Below, piece by piece: positions 7,844 to 18,289 of a DNA stretch of 64,000 nt (positions are counted from its first letter, which is position 1; each line of letters starts with the position of its first letter). The DNA is from Candidatus Daviesbacteria bacterium. GTDB taxonomy: Bacteria > Patescibacteriota > Microgenomatia > Daviesbacterales > UBA10151. The stretch spans positions 674,386-738,385 of the forward strand of contig JAQUSJ010000001.1 in assembly GCA_028715175.1 (NCBI GenBank). Reading direction: 5' to 3'. The translations under genes were made by a program, and so were the position numbers. The notes below the pieces were generated by a model. The model saw only the letters and a list, made by a program, of their open reading frames with translations. It had not been told where the DNA came from and made no database searches.

Positions 7844-9211
7844 CTACGCCGCTAATTCTTTGGATTCTGACTTCTCCGAGGATGAAGAAGGCCTGCCTCT
7901 GGTTTTTTCCATACCATAAAACTTGGTTCTATCAGCCCTAAAGATCAGGTTAATTTCCCCAATCGGACCATTGCGGTGTTTTTGAATATCCAAAGTGACC
8001 TGCTCCGGATGTTCCAGATCCTCCCGCCAGATAAACATGACCACATCCGCATCTTGTTCAATAGCTCCCGATTCTCTAAGATCAGCCAGTTGCGGTCTTC
8101 TTGTTCCCCGCTGTTCAACTGCACGGGAAAGCTGTGAGATTGCCAGGACCGGAATTTTTAATTCCCTTGCCAAATTTTTTAAATTTTGGGAAATTTCCGA
8201 AACTTCTTGTACCCTGTTATCCAAATTTCTACCTTTTATAAGCTGCAGATAATCCACAATCAACAATTTTAAGCCGTGTTCTATTTGCAATCTCCGCGCT
8301 TTTGTCCTCATTTCGGAAATGGAAATTCCCGGAGTATCATCAATATAGAGCGGCGCTTCTGCCAACTCTCCCATCGCCAAGCTCAATTTATCAAAATCAC
8401 TTTCTCCCAATTTGCCGGTTTTCAACTTCCATGCATCGATATTTGCCTGACCAACCAGTAATCTGTCAACCAGTTCTTCCTGACTCATTTCCAAAGAAAA
8501 TATTCCAACAGGCAATCCTTCAGAAACTGCTACGTATTGTGCGATATTTATAGCCATTGAAGTCTTGCCCTGGCCGGGACGGGAAGCTAAAATCAGGAGA
8601 TTTGAATTCTGCATTCCGGCAAGTTTTGAATCCAAATCCCGAAAACCTGTCGGGACACCCCGCAGTTTTCCGGAAGATTTCTGCAATTCATCCAAGCGGT
8701 CAAAAGATTCTGTCAGAGCATCTTTGATCGGCAAAAAATCCCTGCTTACATTTTCCTGCGACAAAGAGAATATTCCTGCCTCTGCAGTTTCCAAAAGTTC
8801 TTCTACAGATTCTCCTTCGTCGTAGGCTCGCTGGATCAAGCTTGTTGCCTGATCAATCAAATTTCTTCTTACTGCATGATCTTTTATAATTTTGGCATAG
8901 TGCTCAATATGAGCAGAAGTCGGGACGATATTAATCAAGGAAGTTAAATACGCAGACCCTCCGATCTTGTCATAAAAGCTTTTTCGCTTCAGCTCTTCTG
9001 TAACAGTTACCAAGTCTATCGGTTCGCGTCTTTCGAAAAGACTTTTGATTGCTTCAAATATAGCTCCATGCTGCTCGGACCGGTAAAAACTGGAAGAGTG
9101 CAGTATTTCGGCAATTCGAACAATCGCATCTTTATCAATCAAAAGCGAACCCAAAAGGGATTGTTCGGCTTCTATATTTTGTGGAGGGAGTTTGGTAATT
9201 GTATTTGCCAT
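7844..9211 (-). CDS. dnaB: Replicative DNA helicase
   Basis: PPQNIEAEQ, Walker A RPGQGKT, IVDYLQL, DLRESGAIEQDAD. Confidence 0.97.
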   Translation of the reverse strand: MANTITKLPPQNIEAEQSLLGSLLIDKDAIVRIAEILHSSSFYRSEQHGAIFEAIKSLFERREPIDLVTVTEELKRKSFYDKIGGSAYLTSLINIVPTSAHIEHYAKIIKDHAVRRNLIDQATSLIQRAYDEGESVEELLETAEAGIFSLSQENVSRDFLPIKDALTESFDRLDELQKSSGKLRGVPTGFRDLDSKLAGMQNSNLLILASRPGQGKTSMAINIAQYVAVSEGLPVGIFSLEMSQEELVDRLLVGQANIDAWKLKTGKLGESDFDKLSLAMGELAEAPLYIDDTPGISISEMRTKARRLQIEHGLKLLIVDYLQLIKGRNLDNRVQEVSEISQNLKNLARELKIPVLAISQLSRAVEQRGTRRPQLADLRESGAIEQDADVVMFIWREDLEHPEQVTLDIQKHRNGPIGEINLIFRADRTKFYGMEKTRGRPSSSSEKSESKELAA

Positions 9212-9222
9212 AAAATATTTCC

Positions 9223-9291
9223 TGTCATTCTAAGGCGATTAGCCAAAGAATCTCTTGATTCCGTGAAGATCTTTCGCTACGCTCAGGATGA
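9223..9291. repeat. GTCAT...ATGA element, intergenic, overlapping the MBL stop codon
   Basis: TGTCATTCTAAGGCGATTAGCCAAAGAATCT...AGATCTTTCGCTACGCTCAGGATGA. Confidence 0.8.
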
Positions 9292-9942
9292 TTTTGCAAG
9301 CAAAATCACCTGTGGTTTCTCCGGCAATCTGTCTTTGGTTATTGAGAGCTTGGGCTGAGAAACTACTCCTTCTGTTCCCATTTCTTTCAAAAAGCCTTCA
9401 ATTCCTTCAAGCTCAAATTTGACTCCTTCTAATTTGTAATGCATTGGGATAATAATTTTTGGTTCAAGTTGGGAAACAATATCCGAAGCCTCCTTAGCAT
9501 TGATCGTATAAATACCCCCAACAGGAATAAGCACAATATCTGTTTGACCGATCGCTGCAACTTGTTCCTCTGTTAACCTGGATTGCCCCAAATCCCCCAG
9601 GTGAACAATATCCAAACCGTCAAACAGTAAATGAAAAATGGTATTCGATCCTTTTTCGCTGCCTTCCGAGCGATCATGAAAAGAATTTAACCCTGTTATT
9701 ACAACCCCCAAAACTTCATATTCTCCGGGTTTACTAAAAACCATGGGAGCACTCCCTTGCAACGCTGTAACTGCGGAAATAAAGTTGTGATCTTTATGTT
9801 CATGAGTTGTTAAAACTACGTCGGCTTGCAAATCCCGAGGCAGTTTCAATCCTGTAAAGTCCGGGTCATACGGGTCAATCACTACAGTTGCATTTTTACC
9901 TTTTAATTTAAAACAGGATTGTCCATACCAGTAGATATCCAT
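9283..9942 (-). CDS. MBL-fold metallo-hydrolase (Lactamase_B_3-like)
   Basis: MDIYWYGQSCF start, THEHKDH, HLGDLG, IPMHY motifs. Confidence 0.88.
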   Translation of the reverse strand: MDIYWYGQSCFKLKGKNATVVIDPYDPDFTGLKLPRDLQADVVLTTHEHKDHNFISAVTALQGSAPMVFSKPGEYEVLGVVITGLNSFHDRSEGSEKGSNTIFHLLFDGLDIVHLGDLGQSRLTEEQVAAIGQTDIVLIPVGGIYTINAKEASDIVSQLEPKIIIPMHYKLEGVKFELEGIEGFLKEMGTEGVVSQPKLSITKDRLPEKPQVILLAKSS

Positions 9943-10021
9943 GGCAAGTTGCATACTAACAAATATGCTAAAATTGTTCAATAAGCGAAGTTTTAAAACG
10001 GAGCTTACAAACTTGTTTATA

Positions 10022-10459
10022 ATGATGCAACTTAATCGAAAACTCACTACAAAACATCTTATTCTTTCCCAGATTCTAATCTTGATCATAGGTTTAACAT
10101 TTCTGGGAACACTTTATTTCATTTTAAATATCCAATATCAAAAACCTAAAAACCTTTTCTTGGTTGGACCGGTTACTACTCTTCCCAAAAGCTTACTGCT
10201 GGATCTTGGGACGCCTGACCAGGATACCTTATCTTTTTCATCTTCAATAATTGTGTCCGGCAAAACAGGACCAAAAAAGGACGTCTTAATCTCAACTGAT
10301 ACCCGCGACCTTGTAATCCAATCAAAAGCAGACGGCTCCTTTTCTACGGTTTTGAATTTAGATGAAGGCGTTAATACAATCAAAGTCGTTGTTTTTGATA
10401 CAACAGGTGAGGCAAGGTCTGCTGAACGTACAGTTTACTTCTCAAAGGAGAAAATATGA
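10022..10459 (+). CDS. Membrane-anchored protein with Ig-like domain
   Basis: N-terminal TM helix; VSGKT...GSFSTVLNLDEGVNTIKV beta-sandwich pattern. Confidence 0.7.
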   Translation: MMQLNRKLTTKHLILSQILILIIGLTFLGTLYFILNIQYQKPKNLFLVGPVTTLPKSLLLDLGTPDQDTLSFSSSIIVSGKTGPKKDVLISTDTRDLVIQSKADGSFSTVLNLDEGVNTIKVVVFDTTGEARSAERTVYFSKEKI

Positions 10460-11196
10460 TGAGAAAATTTACAATTTTAATCGCAATTTTTGCTTTTTCA
10501 TTCTACATTCTACATTCTACATTCTACATTCCGAGCGCGCTAGCGCTTGAATCCACTCCATCCGCCGATATAAAAACCAAACTTGAAGAACTGAAAAAAG
10601 AGATTGCTTCCAAAGCCGCCAAACTGAAACAAGACGTTAACCGCAAGCTAAAAGATAAAGCATACATAGGTAAAATTAAACAAAAATCTGACAATTCTGT
10701 AACTATCTCAACAGCATCTAATCCAAAAATGGTCAGTTTAAATCAGGATACTGTCTTTGAGAGCAAGATTAAATCAAAACAAAAGTTTTCTCAGAAAACT
10801 ATCTCCGAAGAAGATTATGTTGCTGCGCTGGGAGATGCCGATGAAACCGGAGTGCTAACTGCAAAAAAAATTATTCTGCTACCCCAGCCAAAGACTGATC
10901 TGCCTCTGGCGGAAAAAACTTATTTATGGGGCCAGGTAATTTCTATTTCGGATCAGTTGGTAACCTTAAAAAATAGCGAATCAAAGGTTGTTGCCGTATC
11001 TTTACCTTCTGTGTCTGGAATCAAATTAAACACCTTTGTTATATTAACAGGAAATCAAGACAAAAATGATATTTTTAAAGCTGGTTTTGTCTATATAATA
11101 CCCCAGGGCGGAGTTATTAAACCTAAAAAGATGGCAACGCCTTCTGCACAAACTGCCAGCCCGTCTGCTAAACCTGCCTCCAAAAAAGCTAACTAA
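10456..11196 (+). CDS. Secreted hypothetical protein
   Basis: Signal peptide, coiled coil, beta-rich repeats; overlaps the upstream stop (ATGA). Confidence 0.7.
   Translation: MMRKFTILIAIFAFSFYILHSTFYIPSALALESTPSADIKTKLEELKKEIASKAAKLKQDVNRKLKDKAYIGKIKQKSDNSVTISTASNPKMVSLNQDTVFESKIKSKQKFSQKTISEEDYVAALGDADETGVLTAKKIILLPQPKTDLPLAEKTYLWGQVISISDQLVTLKNSESKVVAVSLPSVSGIKLNTFVILTGNQDKNDIFKAGFVYIIPQGGVIKPKKMATPSAQTASPSAKPASKKAN
10499..10531. repeat. Heptamer array (CATTCTA)x4.7 in a signal peptide
   Basis: Perfect repeats encoding FYILHSTFYI. Confidence 0.9.
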
Positions 11197-11896
11197 AATC
11201 TTGTTTGCCCGTTACTAAAAACTCCTCTGCCTCGGATTTATCTTTAATTACATCAACAGCCCGCCAGAATCCTTCATCTTTAAAGCCTAAAAATTTATTC
11301 TTAGGGATTTTTGGGAAAGTTTCTTTTTCGTGATCCCCAAGCTCCGGCAACATCGGTTCTACCTCTTTATTAAACAAATATATCCCGCCATTTATCCAAT
11401 AAGGCAGTTTTGGTTTTTCCTCAAACCCTGTTATATGACTATTTTCATCAACTTTCACAACTCCCCATCTTGAAATATAAGGAACCAAAAGAAGAGTTAC
11501 CAAAGCTTTTTGGCTTAGATGCTCCTCAATCATATTGGATAAGTTCAGCTTAGTAATAATATCGCCGTTACAAACTACAACATCGTTTTCGCCGGCAACC
11601 AAAGAACTTTTAAAAGCCTTTTTTATTCCTCCACCCCGCCCCAAAGGAGTTTCTTCGATGGAATAATCCACTTCAATGCCAAATTTTTCCCCCGTCCCAA
11701 AATACTCCTGAACTACTTCATACTTATAGCTGACAGTTAAAACAAACTTTGTAATTCCATAGGATTTAAGCCACTCTATCTGCCAGGCCAGAATCGGTTT
11801 ACTGTCCAACTCTACCATGACCTTGGGACGGTCATTAGTATACGGCCTAAGCCTCTCCCCCTTCCCCCCAGCCAAAATTATTGCCGTCTTAACCAT
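11189..11896 (-). CDS. Sugar-phosphate nucleotidyltransferase (NTP_transferase family)
   Basis: ILAGGKGERLRPYT..RPK motif, EETPLG, FEEKP, INGGIY. Confidence 0.88.
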   Translation of the reverse strand: MVKTAIILAGGKGERLRPYTNDRPKVMVELDSKPILAWQIEWLKSYGITKFVLTVSYKYEVVQEYFGTGEKFGIEVDYSIEETPLGRGGGIKKAFKSSLVAGENDVVVCNGDIITKLNLSNMIEEHLSQKALVTLLLVPYISRWGVVKVDENSHITGFEEKPKLPYWINGGIYLFNKEVEPMLPELGDHEKETFPKIPKNKFLGFKDEGFWRAVDVIKDKSEAEEFLVTGKQDFS

Positions 11897-12018
11897 GGAA
11901 TATATATTATCATATTATTATCGCATCTTATCCATCTCCGTTATGCCCACCCTGAGGTGAATTTGTATGTATTGACACTTTAATTTAAAAATGTATATGG
12001 TAATCTAGAGGAGAATTT

Positions 12019-12942
12019 ATGATTAAAGCACCGCCGACACCAAAAGGTTTCAGGGACATTAAACCAGACCTGGCCAAAAAAAGGCGTGAGACAATAAACA
12101 TTATTGTCAGCGTCTTAGAAAATTATGGTTTTGTCCCGATTGAAACCCCGACCATTGAATTTGCAGACACCCTCAAAGGCAAATATGGAGAGGAAGAAAG
12201 GTTGATATATGAATTTACAGACAGAGGCGGAAGAAGATTAGCGCTCCGCTACGATTTAACAGTACCCTTGGCGCGATATGTTGCCACTTACAACCCTCCC
12301 CTGCCGTTCCGGCGTTATCAAATCGGCCAGGTCTTCCGGGGTGAAAATCCTCAAAAAGGCAGATTTAGGGAATTTACCCAGGTTGATTTCGATATTGTAG
12401 GATCTTATGAACTGGAAGAAGATGCTAGGGTCATAGCTGCAACCATCAAAGTCTCAAAAGCAATAGGACTCAAAAGTGCAGTTATGTTTGTAAATGACCG
12501 CAGAAATTTCCAAGGCATTCCGGTAGAAGTAGTCCGTGTTATTGATAAAATTCCAAAGTTTGGTAAAGAAGCTGCAAAAAAAGAGCTTATGGATAAAGGT
12601 TTTTCTGAAAATGAATGTGAGGGCTATTTTACAAAAATCCAGAATTCTAAACCTACAAAAGAGCTTCAGGAAATTTTTAAAATTTTAGAAACGCAGTACG
12701 ATCTTAAACAAATCGAAGAGCCAGGTAAAACTGGTAATTTTATTTTTGATCCAACCCTTGCCCGTGGTTTGGATTATTATACGGGAAGTATTTTTGAGCT
12801 CAAAATAAGCCAAAATCCCACAGACCTTTCAGTTGGCGCCGGTGGCAGATACGATAATTTAATCGGAAGTTTTTCAAAAAAAGATATTCCGGCTGTCGGT
12901 TTCTCATTCGGACTTGACCGCCTCATTGAACTCATATCCTAA
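12019..12942 (+). CDS. hisS: Histidyl-tRNA synthetase catalytic domain only (no anticodon-binding domain)
   Basis: RYDLTVPLAR, motif 2 FRGENPQKGRFREFTQ, RGLDYY, GGRYD, motif 3 GFSFGLDRL, then stop. Confidence 0.8.
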   Translation: MIKAPPTPKGFRDIKPDLAKKRRETINIIVSVLENYGFVPIETPTIEFADTLKGKYGEEERLIYEFTDRGGRRLALRYDLTVPLARYVATYNPPLPFRRYQIGQVFRGENPQKGRFREFTQVDFDIVGSYELEEDARVIAATIKVSKAIGLKSAVMFVNDRRNFQGIPVEVVRVIDKIPKFGKEAAKKELMDKGFSENECEGYFTKIQNSKPTKELQEIFKILETQYDLKQIEEPGKTGNFIFDPTLARGLDYYTGSIFELKISQNPTDLSVGAGGRYDNLIGSFSKKDIPAVGFSFGLDRLIELIS

Positions 12943-12979
12943 GCTTGATTCTTAATCCGTGATTGCTTATTCTTAAATA

Positions 12980-13939
12980 GTGTCTTCCCAAATACTAAAA
13001 AAGCCAGCTCCGTATATTGCCCTCATCCTTGCCCATTTGATTTGGGGAGCTAATTTCGTGGTAGCAAAGGTAACTTTACAGGAATTCCCGCCTATGAGTT
13101 TGGCGCTGCTCCGGTTTGCTTTTGCTTCACTTCTTTTAGCACCTTTTTTCCTGGCAGAAACAACACACCCCTCCTTCGGAGGTAAAAAAGTCAAAATCGA
13201 GAAACAAGATCTCCCAAAACTTATTGCCATCGGGGTTTTAATTATTACTTTAAATATCACTTTTTTCTTTGAAGGGATTAAACGCACAACAGCCATAAAT
13301 GCATCAATTTTAAGCTTAGCAATCCCAATGTTAGCCGTACTTTCAGGTTGGTGGTTCTTAAAAGAAAAGGTCCGTCTGGTTAATCTTTTTGGCATAGCTT
13401 TAGGATTTATAGGAGCCACAATTATTATAGGTCTGCCCCAGATGATTAATGGAGGAACAACTTCATCAGTTATACTGGGGAATATCTTAATAATTCTGGC
13501 CTCGATTTCCTGGGTTGCAGGCGCAACTATTTCCAAAAAAATTCTTAAAACTTATTCTTCGCTGACAGTCACTGCGATAGCTTTTTTGGTTGGAACTATT
13601 TCCTTTTTAATACCTGCCGCAACTGAATATGTTCAAGACCCGACCTGGATAAACCAAATAACCATACTCGGTATCTTAGGATTAGCTTATATGACTTTTC
13701 TTTCCTCCATTTCTGCATATTTCCTGTTTGAATGGGGGCTTTCAAAAACCTCAGTCATTGCTGCAGACCTTTTTCAATACATTGAGCCGTTTGCGGCAAC
13801 AATTCTTGCGGTTTCCGTCTTGAACGAGACAATATCTACTCTATTCCTTCTAGGCGCTTCACTCATCGCCATAGGTGTCTATTTGGGCACATTAGCCAAA
13901 GAAGCTCACCATAGACACCACAAAGCCCACAGGGTATAA
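12980..13939 (+). CDS. DMT/EamA family transporter
   Basis: IWGANFVVAK, two EamA-like halves, ~10 TM helices, His-rich C-tail. Confidence 0.88.
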   Translation: MSSQILKKPAPYIALILAHLIWGANFVVAKVTLQEFPPMSLALLRFAFASLLLAPFFLAETTHPSFGGKKVKIEKQDLPKLIAIGVLIITLNITFFFEGIKRTTAINASILSLAIPMLAVLSGWWFLKEKVRLVNLFGIALGFIGATIIIGLPQMINGGTTSSVILGNILIILASISWVAGATISKKILKTYSSLTVTAIAFLVGTISFLIPAATEYVQDPTWINQITILGILGLAYMTFLSSISAYFLFEWGLSKTSVIAADLFQYIEPFAATILAVSVLNETISTLFLLGASLIAIGVYLGTLAKEAHHRHHKAHRV

Positions 13940-13950
13940 TACTCTTTATC

Positions 13951-14277
13951 ATGAAAGCTAATCTACATCCTGCTTGGTTTCCTGAAGCGCAAGTAACTTG
14001 TGCTTGCGGAACAACTTTTACAGCAGGTTCAACACTATCTTCAATCCGAGTGGAAATTTGCAGCAAGTGTCACCCGCTTTTTACCGGACAACAAAAATTT
14101 GTCGACACATTAGGTCAAGTAGACAGGTTTGTTAAAAAAACCGAAGTTTCTAAAATCAGGCAAGAAGAAAGAAAGAAAATTCTAGAAGCCAGGAAATCAA
14201 AAGTTGAAGATAAAAAGAAAGAACGACCCTCGCTCAAGGACTTACTCATTCAAGCCCGCAAACAGATCCCTTCTTAG
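13951..14277 (+). CDS. rpmE: 50S ribosomal protein L31 (C-terminally extended)
   Basis: [21 protein letters not shown]. Confidence 0.95.
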   Translation: MKANLHPAWFPEAQVTCACGTTFTAGSTLSSIRVEICSKCHPLFTGQQKFVDTLGQVDRFVKKTEVSKIRQEERKKILEARKSKVEDKKKERPSLKDLLIQARKQIPS

Positions 14278-14318
14278 CTACTCTTTTGTCATCGAGGGGT
14301 ATAATAATAATCAATCCT

Positions 14319-15251
14319 ATGAATAATTATATAGAGGAACAGATAAATAAATTAGATAAACAAATCGAGGAGATCAAACCACTTCTGCAGGATCCTGAAA
14401 TGGCTGATCTGGCCAAGGGAGAAATTAAAGATCTAGAACAGCAAAAAGCAGAATTAGAGTCATCAGCTTTCAGCTTTCAGTCGTCAGAAAATTCAGAAAG
14501 TCTGACAGCTGACAGCGAAGCGATACTGAAGACTGACAGCTGTATTCTAGAAATCAGGAGTGCTGCCGGAGGCGACGAGGCCGGACTTTTTGCCGGTGAT
14601 TTATTGCGGATGTACACAAGATTTGCTCAAAATAAAGGGTGGAAAGTTGAAGAATTAGACCGGTCTGAAGGAAAACTGGGGCAAGTGAAAGAAATTGTAC
14701 TCAAACTTTCAGGTAAGGGTTCATACAGCCATCTTAAATATGAATCCGGTGTTCACCGGGTACAAAGAGTACCCGTTACAGAATCCTCGGGTAGAATTCA
14801 CACCTCAACAGCCACAGTAGCAGTGCTCCCTGAAATTACCGATGCTCAAGTTACCATAAATCCCTCTGATATAGCATTTGAAGCTTTCCGCTCCGGTGGT
14901 GCTGGCGGCCAAAATGTTAATAAGGTTTCTACTGCCGTAAGGCTTACTCATATCCCAACCGGAATCATTGTAACCTGTCAAACCGAGAGATCACAACTCC
15001 AAAATAGAGAAAATGCCCTAAGTCTCCTTCGATCTAAGCTTTGGGAGGCAGAACAACAAAAAAAGACTGGCAAAGTTATGGAACAAAGAGCTGTTCAAGT
15101 AGGATCTGGTATGAGATCGGAGAAAATTAGAACATATAATTTTCCTCAAAACAGAGTAACCGATCATAGAATCAACAAATCATGGCATAATCTGGACAAT
15201 ATATTAGAGGGGGATCTGGATGACATCATCAAAGCCATATCAGTATGTTAA
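14319..15251 (+). CDS. prfA: Peptide chain release factor 1 (short N-domain)
   Basis: PVT specificity motif, [13 protein letters not shown]; located between rpmE and prmC. Confidence 0.93.
   Translation: MNNYIEEQINKLDKQIEEIKPLLQDPEMADLAKGEIKDLEQQKAELESSAFSFQSSENSESLTADSEAILKTDSCILEIRSAAGGDEAGLFAGDLLRMYTRFAQNKGWKVEELDRSEGKLGQVKEIVLKLSGKGSYSHLKYESGVHRVQRVPVTESSGRIHTSTATVAVLPEITDAQVTINPSDIAFEAFRSGGAGGQNVNKVSTAVRLTHIPTGIIVTCQTERSQLQNRENALSLLRSKLWEAEQQKKTGKVMEQRAVQVGSGMRSEKIRTYNFPQNRVTDHRINKSWHNLDNILEGDLDDIIKAISVC
14463..14542. repeat. Inverted heptamer arrays in prfA
   Basis: TCAGCTT TCAGCTT TCAGTCG TCAG ... CTGACAG CTGACAG .. CTGAAGA CTGACAG CTG. Confidence 0.75.
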
Positions 15252-15909
15252 AGGTTACACTGAATTTTACAAACTAAGATTCAAGGTTACACCCGATACT
15301 TTAATACCCCGCCCTGAAACAGAACTTTTAGTAGACGAAGTACTGCGCTTTGTTTCCCAACTACAACCTACAACCTACAACCTACAACCTATTACCATCC
15401 TCGATCTTGGAACCGGTGCCGGTAATATAGCTATTTCTGTTGCCAGGAATGCTCCTGATATAAAAATCATCGCTACTGATATATCTGTTGCTGCCTTAAG
15501 AATAGCCAAATATAATGCTAAACGCCATGGCGTAGAAGACAAAATAGAATTTATCCAAAGCGATTTACTTTCTGGTTTAAACTATACCCTACACCCTAAA
15601 CCCCATACCCTAATCATTGTTACAAACCTCCCTTATATCCCAACTGAGCGAATTCCTTATCTTGACTCATCTGTGAAAGATTTCGAACCGCACGTTGCTT
15701 TAGACGGCGGGGAAGACGGTTTTGAACTTTATAGAAAATTATTTAGTCAAATTAAAGAAAAATCCTGGCAGCCAAAATTAATCATCGGAGAAATTGACTA
15801 TACTCACGGCGAACTGGCGGTAAATGAATCTCAAAAATATTTTCCCTATTCGCAAATTGAAACTAAAAAAGACCTGGCTCACAAACAGAGAATATTACTG
15901 ATTAGTTAA
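15220..15909 (+). CDS. prmC: Release factor glutamine methyltransferase (HemK/PrmC)
   Basis: [30 protein letters not shown]. Confidence 0.9.
   Translation: MTSSKPYQYVKGYTEFYKLRFKVTPDTLIPRPETELLVDEVLRFVSQLQPTTYNLQPITILDLGTGAGNIAISVARNAPDIKIIATDISVAALRIAKYNAKRHGVEDKIEFIQSDLLSGLNYTLHPKPHTLIIVTNLPYIPTERIPYLDSSVKDFEPHVALDGGEDGFELYRKLFSQIKEKSWQPKLIIGEIDYTHGELAVNESQKYFPYSQIETKKDLAHKQRILLIS
15361..15391. repeat. Heptamer array (CTACAAC)x4.4 in prmC
   Basis: Perfect repeats encoding [10 protein letters not shown]. Confidence 0.9.
15582..15612. repeat. Heptamer array (CTANACC)x4 in prmC
   Basis: ctatacc ctacacc ctaaacc ccatacc; encodes [10 protein letters not shown]. Confidence 0.8.
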
Positions 15910-17034
15910 TTCTTGTAAAACAGCATTCGCTGTTCTTTCTTTATTATCAGCCCAGATAGTTAAAGTCAACGTATCCCCAATTTTCTTACTGGCAATAGCC
16001 TCTGAAATTTTAGTCTCTGAATCAACTGTTTGTCCGTTAACTTTAGTAATAATATCTCCTTCTTTGATCCCGGCTTTGGAGGCTGCAGAATTTTCAATCA
16101 CTTCTTGCACGAAGGCTCCTTGCGGAACATCGTTTAAAATAGCGACATCTTTAGCAATAAATCTATACCTGATTCCCAAAACAGGTCTGGAGATTGAACC
16201 ATTTTGGATAAACTCATCAACGAATTTTTTGACTGAGTTAATAGGGATGGCAAAACCAATATTTTGTGCTCCTTCTGTCATTGCAACACTAACTCCAACC
16301 ACTTGTCCGGCTGAATTTAAGAGCGGTCCGCCAGAATTACCGGGATTAATAGCTGCATCAGTCTGGATTAAATTATCCAAACTTTCGGCTGATCCGGAAA
16401 AAGGATCACCTGCCACCACCTTCCTGCCCAATCCGGAAACTACACCTGTGGTGACACTGTTGGTAAACCGGCCTAAAGCATTCCCGATGACAATAGCCAA
16501 CTGTCCGACTTTTAATTTAGAAGAATCGCCCAACTCCAATGCTTTAAGCTTCTCCCCTTCGATTCGAACAATCGCAAAATCCAAAATTGGATCCCGGTAG
16601 ATCTTCTTAATTTCAAACTTCTTACCATCCTTGGTTACAATATTATAAACAGTATCCGTATCTGCTACCACATGCTTATTGGTCACAATGATGCCTTTAT
16701 CAGATACCACAAAACCGGTTCCTACTGTGCTAGTTTGATTTTTGGGAATTGAGAAAGGATCGAACGGGTTAAAAACTTTGCTAGTGGCCCCAATTGCCAC
16801 AACAGAAGGAGATACTTCCTCAACGACTGAGATGACTATATTCTCCTCTTGAACAACGGTTCTTGTTTCCAAATTTCCGGTCTTAGGTAAAAAGTCAGGT
16901 AAAAAATTAGACAAAGAAATCAAACCGTTAACTTGAGCCTGGTATAAACCAACAGCTACAATAATACCCAACGCCACTGCTACAAATAATCCACTAAAGT
17001 TTAATTTCGGTAATGGCAGTTTTGAGTAATCCAT
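15895..17034 (-). CDS. HtrA/DegP-like serine protease with PDZ domain
   Basis: TNKHVV, QTDAAINPGNSGGPL, C-terminal PDZ. Confidence 0.92.
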   Translation of the reverse strand: MDYSKLPLPKLNFSGLFVAVALGIIVAVGLYQAQVNGLISLSNFLPDFLPKTGNLETRTVVQEENIVISVVEEVSPSVVAIGATSKVFNPFDPFSIPKNQTSTVGTGFVVSDKGIIVTNKHVVADTDTVYNIVTKDGKKFEIKKIYRDPILDFAIVRIEGEKLKALELGDSSKLKVGQLAIVIGNALGRFTNSVTTGVVSGLGRKVVAGDPFSGSAESLDNLIQTDAAINPGNSGGPLLNSAGQVVGVSVAMTEGAQNIGFAIPINSVKKFVDEFIQNGSISRPVLGIRYRFIAKDVAILNDVPQGAFVQEVIENSAASKAGIKEGDIITKVNGQTVDSETKISEAIASKKIGDTLTLTIWADNKERTANAVLQELTNQ

Positions 17035-17044
17035 AAGAGAACAA

Positions 17045-18265
17045 CTAATCCAAAAGCTCTATTGCTTTCTCAAGCTGCAGATCCTTTGTTGCATCTTCTT
17101 TGTCAGCCTCAATTATAACATCCGGATCTATGCCTTGGGAATCATTAACCCATCTGCCGTTTGGTGTTAACCACTTTGCTATTGTAATATGAATCCCTGC
17201 TCCGCCTGCAAGATCTTCAGCATTTTGGATAGTTCCTTTACCAAACGATTTTTCCCCAACCAACTTAGCCCGGCCTCGATCCTGAAGTGCACCTGCTACA
17301 ATTTCCGAAGCAGATGCCGAACCTTTGTTCACCAAAACCAGGAGTGGTATTTTTGTAAGTTTTCCTATTCTTGAAACTTTAAAAAGCGTCTTCGCTCCTT
17401 CACTATCTTCCTGCTGAACAACGCTTCCCCCTTCTAAAAACTCTGAAGCTATAAAAACTGCTCCATCCAAGAATCCGCCCGGATTATTCCGGAGGTCTAA
17501 GATAACTGCTTGCGATCCGGCAGCAAGTATCTCGGTAACCACGGAATTCCACTCATCTTCGGTCCTTTCTCCAAAACGGGATAATTTTATAATCGCCACT
17601 TTCTTTCCAAGCTTAGTTTCTTTGTAACTTACAGTTACACTTTTTACAACTATAGTATCTCTATCCAGGGTGAAAACTCTCGTATCAGATTCCCCTTCCC
17701 GGAAAATTGTTAAAGAAACCTTTGTTCCTTTTGGTCCTCTTATTAAATTTACAGCTTCCGGCAGACTTATCCCGGTTGTATCCTTATCGCCGATTTTAAC
17801 AATTGTATCTCCGGGCTCAATACCTGCTTTTAATGCCGGCGTACCATCAAGTGGAGCAACTACCACTAATCTCTTGTCTTTGTTAAAACCCAGCTGAATT
17901 CCTACCCCGTCAAAGCTGCCATTTAATTCTTCTTTAGAAAATTTTTGTTGATCAGGCGTCAAGAAAACCGTATAAGGATCTCCCAGCGAGGAAACCATTC
18001 CTGAAATAGCGCCGTAAAATAATTTATTGGGATCTATGGCTTTTTTATCAAGGTAGCTGCGGGACAAAAGATCCCAGGTGTTCCAAAATAATTTGAAATC
18101 TATATCAATATTTTTGGGAGGTTCTTTATTAACTATAGAGAGTGTCGGCCGGTAAGTTGCAAGCTTAAACTGTACATCCCGATGGCCCAATTGCCAACCC
18201 AGCAAAAAAGCCAAAATCAGAATCAAAACTATTTTTATATCTAAAGTTTTAAGGAAATTTCTCAT
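17045..18265 (-). CDS. S41 C-terminal processing protease (CtpA-like)
   Basis: LGDPYT, DLRNNPGG, SASASEIVAGALQD, FGKG. Confidence 0.92.
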   Translation of the reverse strand: MRNFLKTLDIKIVLILILAFLLGWQLGHRDVQFKLATYRPTLSIVNKEPPKNIDIDFKLFWNTWDLLSRSYLDKKAIDPNKLFYGAISGMVSSLGDPYTVFLTPDQQKFSKEELNGSFDGVGIQLGFNKDKRLVVVAPLDGTPALKAGIEPGDTIVKIGDKDTTGISLPEAVNLIRGPKGTKVSLTIFREGESDTRVFTLDRDTIVVKSVTVSYKETKLGKKVAIIKLSRFGERTEDEWNSVVTEILAAGSQAVILDLRNNPGGFLDGAVFIASEFLEGGSVVQQEDSEGAKTLFKVSRIGKLTKIPLLVLVNKGSASASEIVAGALQDRGRAKLVGEKSFGKGTIQNAEDLAGGAGIHITIAKWLTPNGRWVNDSQGIDPDVIIEADKEDATKDLQLEKAIELLD

Positions 18266-18289
18266 ACAAATATTTCTAATTTGTAAACT

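Noticed and set aside
7862-7900. Possible degenerate palindrome in the dnaB tail (CTTCTCCGAGGATGAAG, GGCAGGCC)
   Set aside because: Only partial resemblance to the CACCTCSGAGGTG family; too weak to call by eye
9943-10089. Overlapping long N-termini of the divergent ORFs 9283..10089 and 9941..10459
   Set aside because: Recognisable sequence starts at 9942 (minus) and ~10022 (plus); the overlap is an artefact of longest-ORF calling
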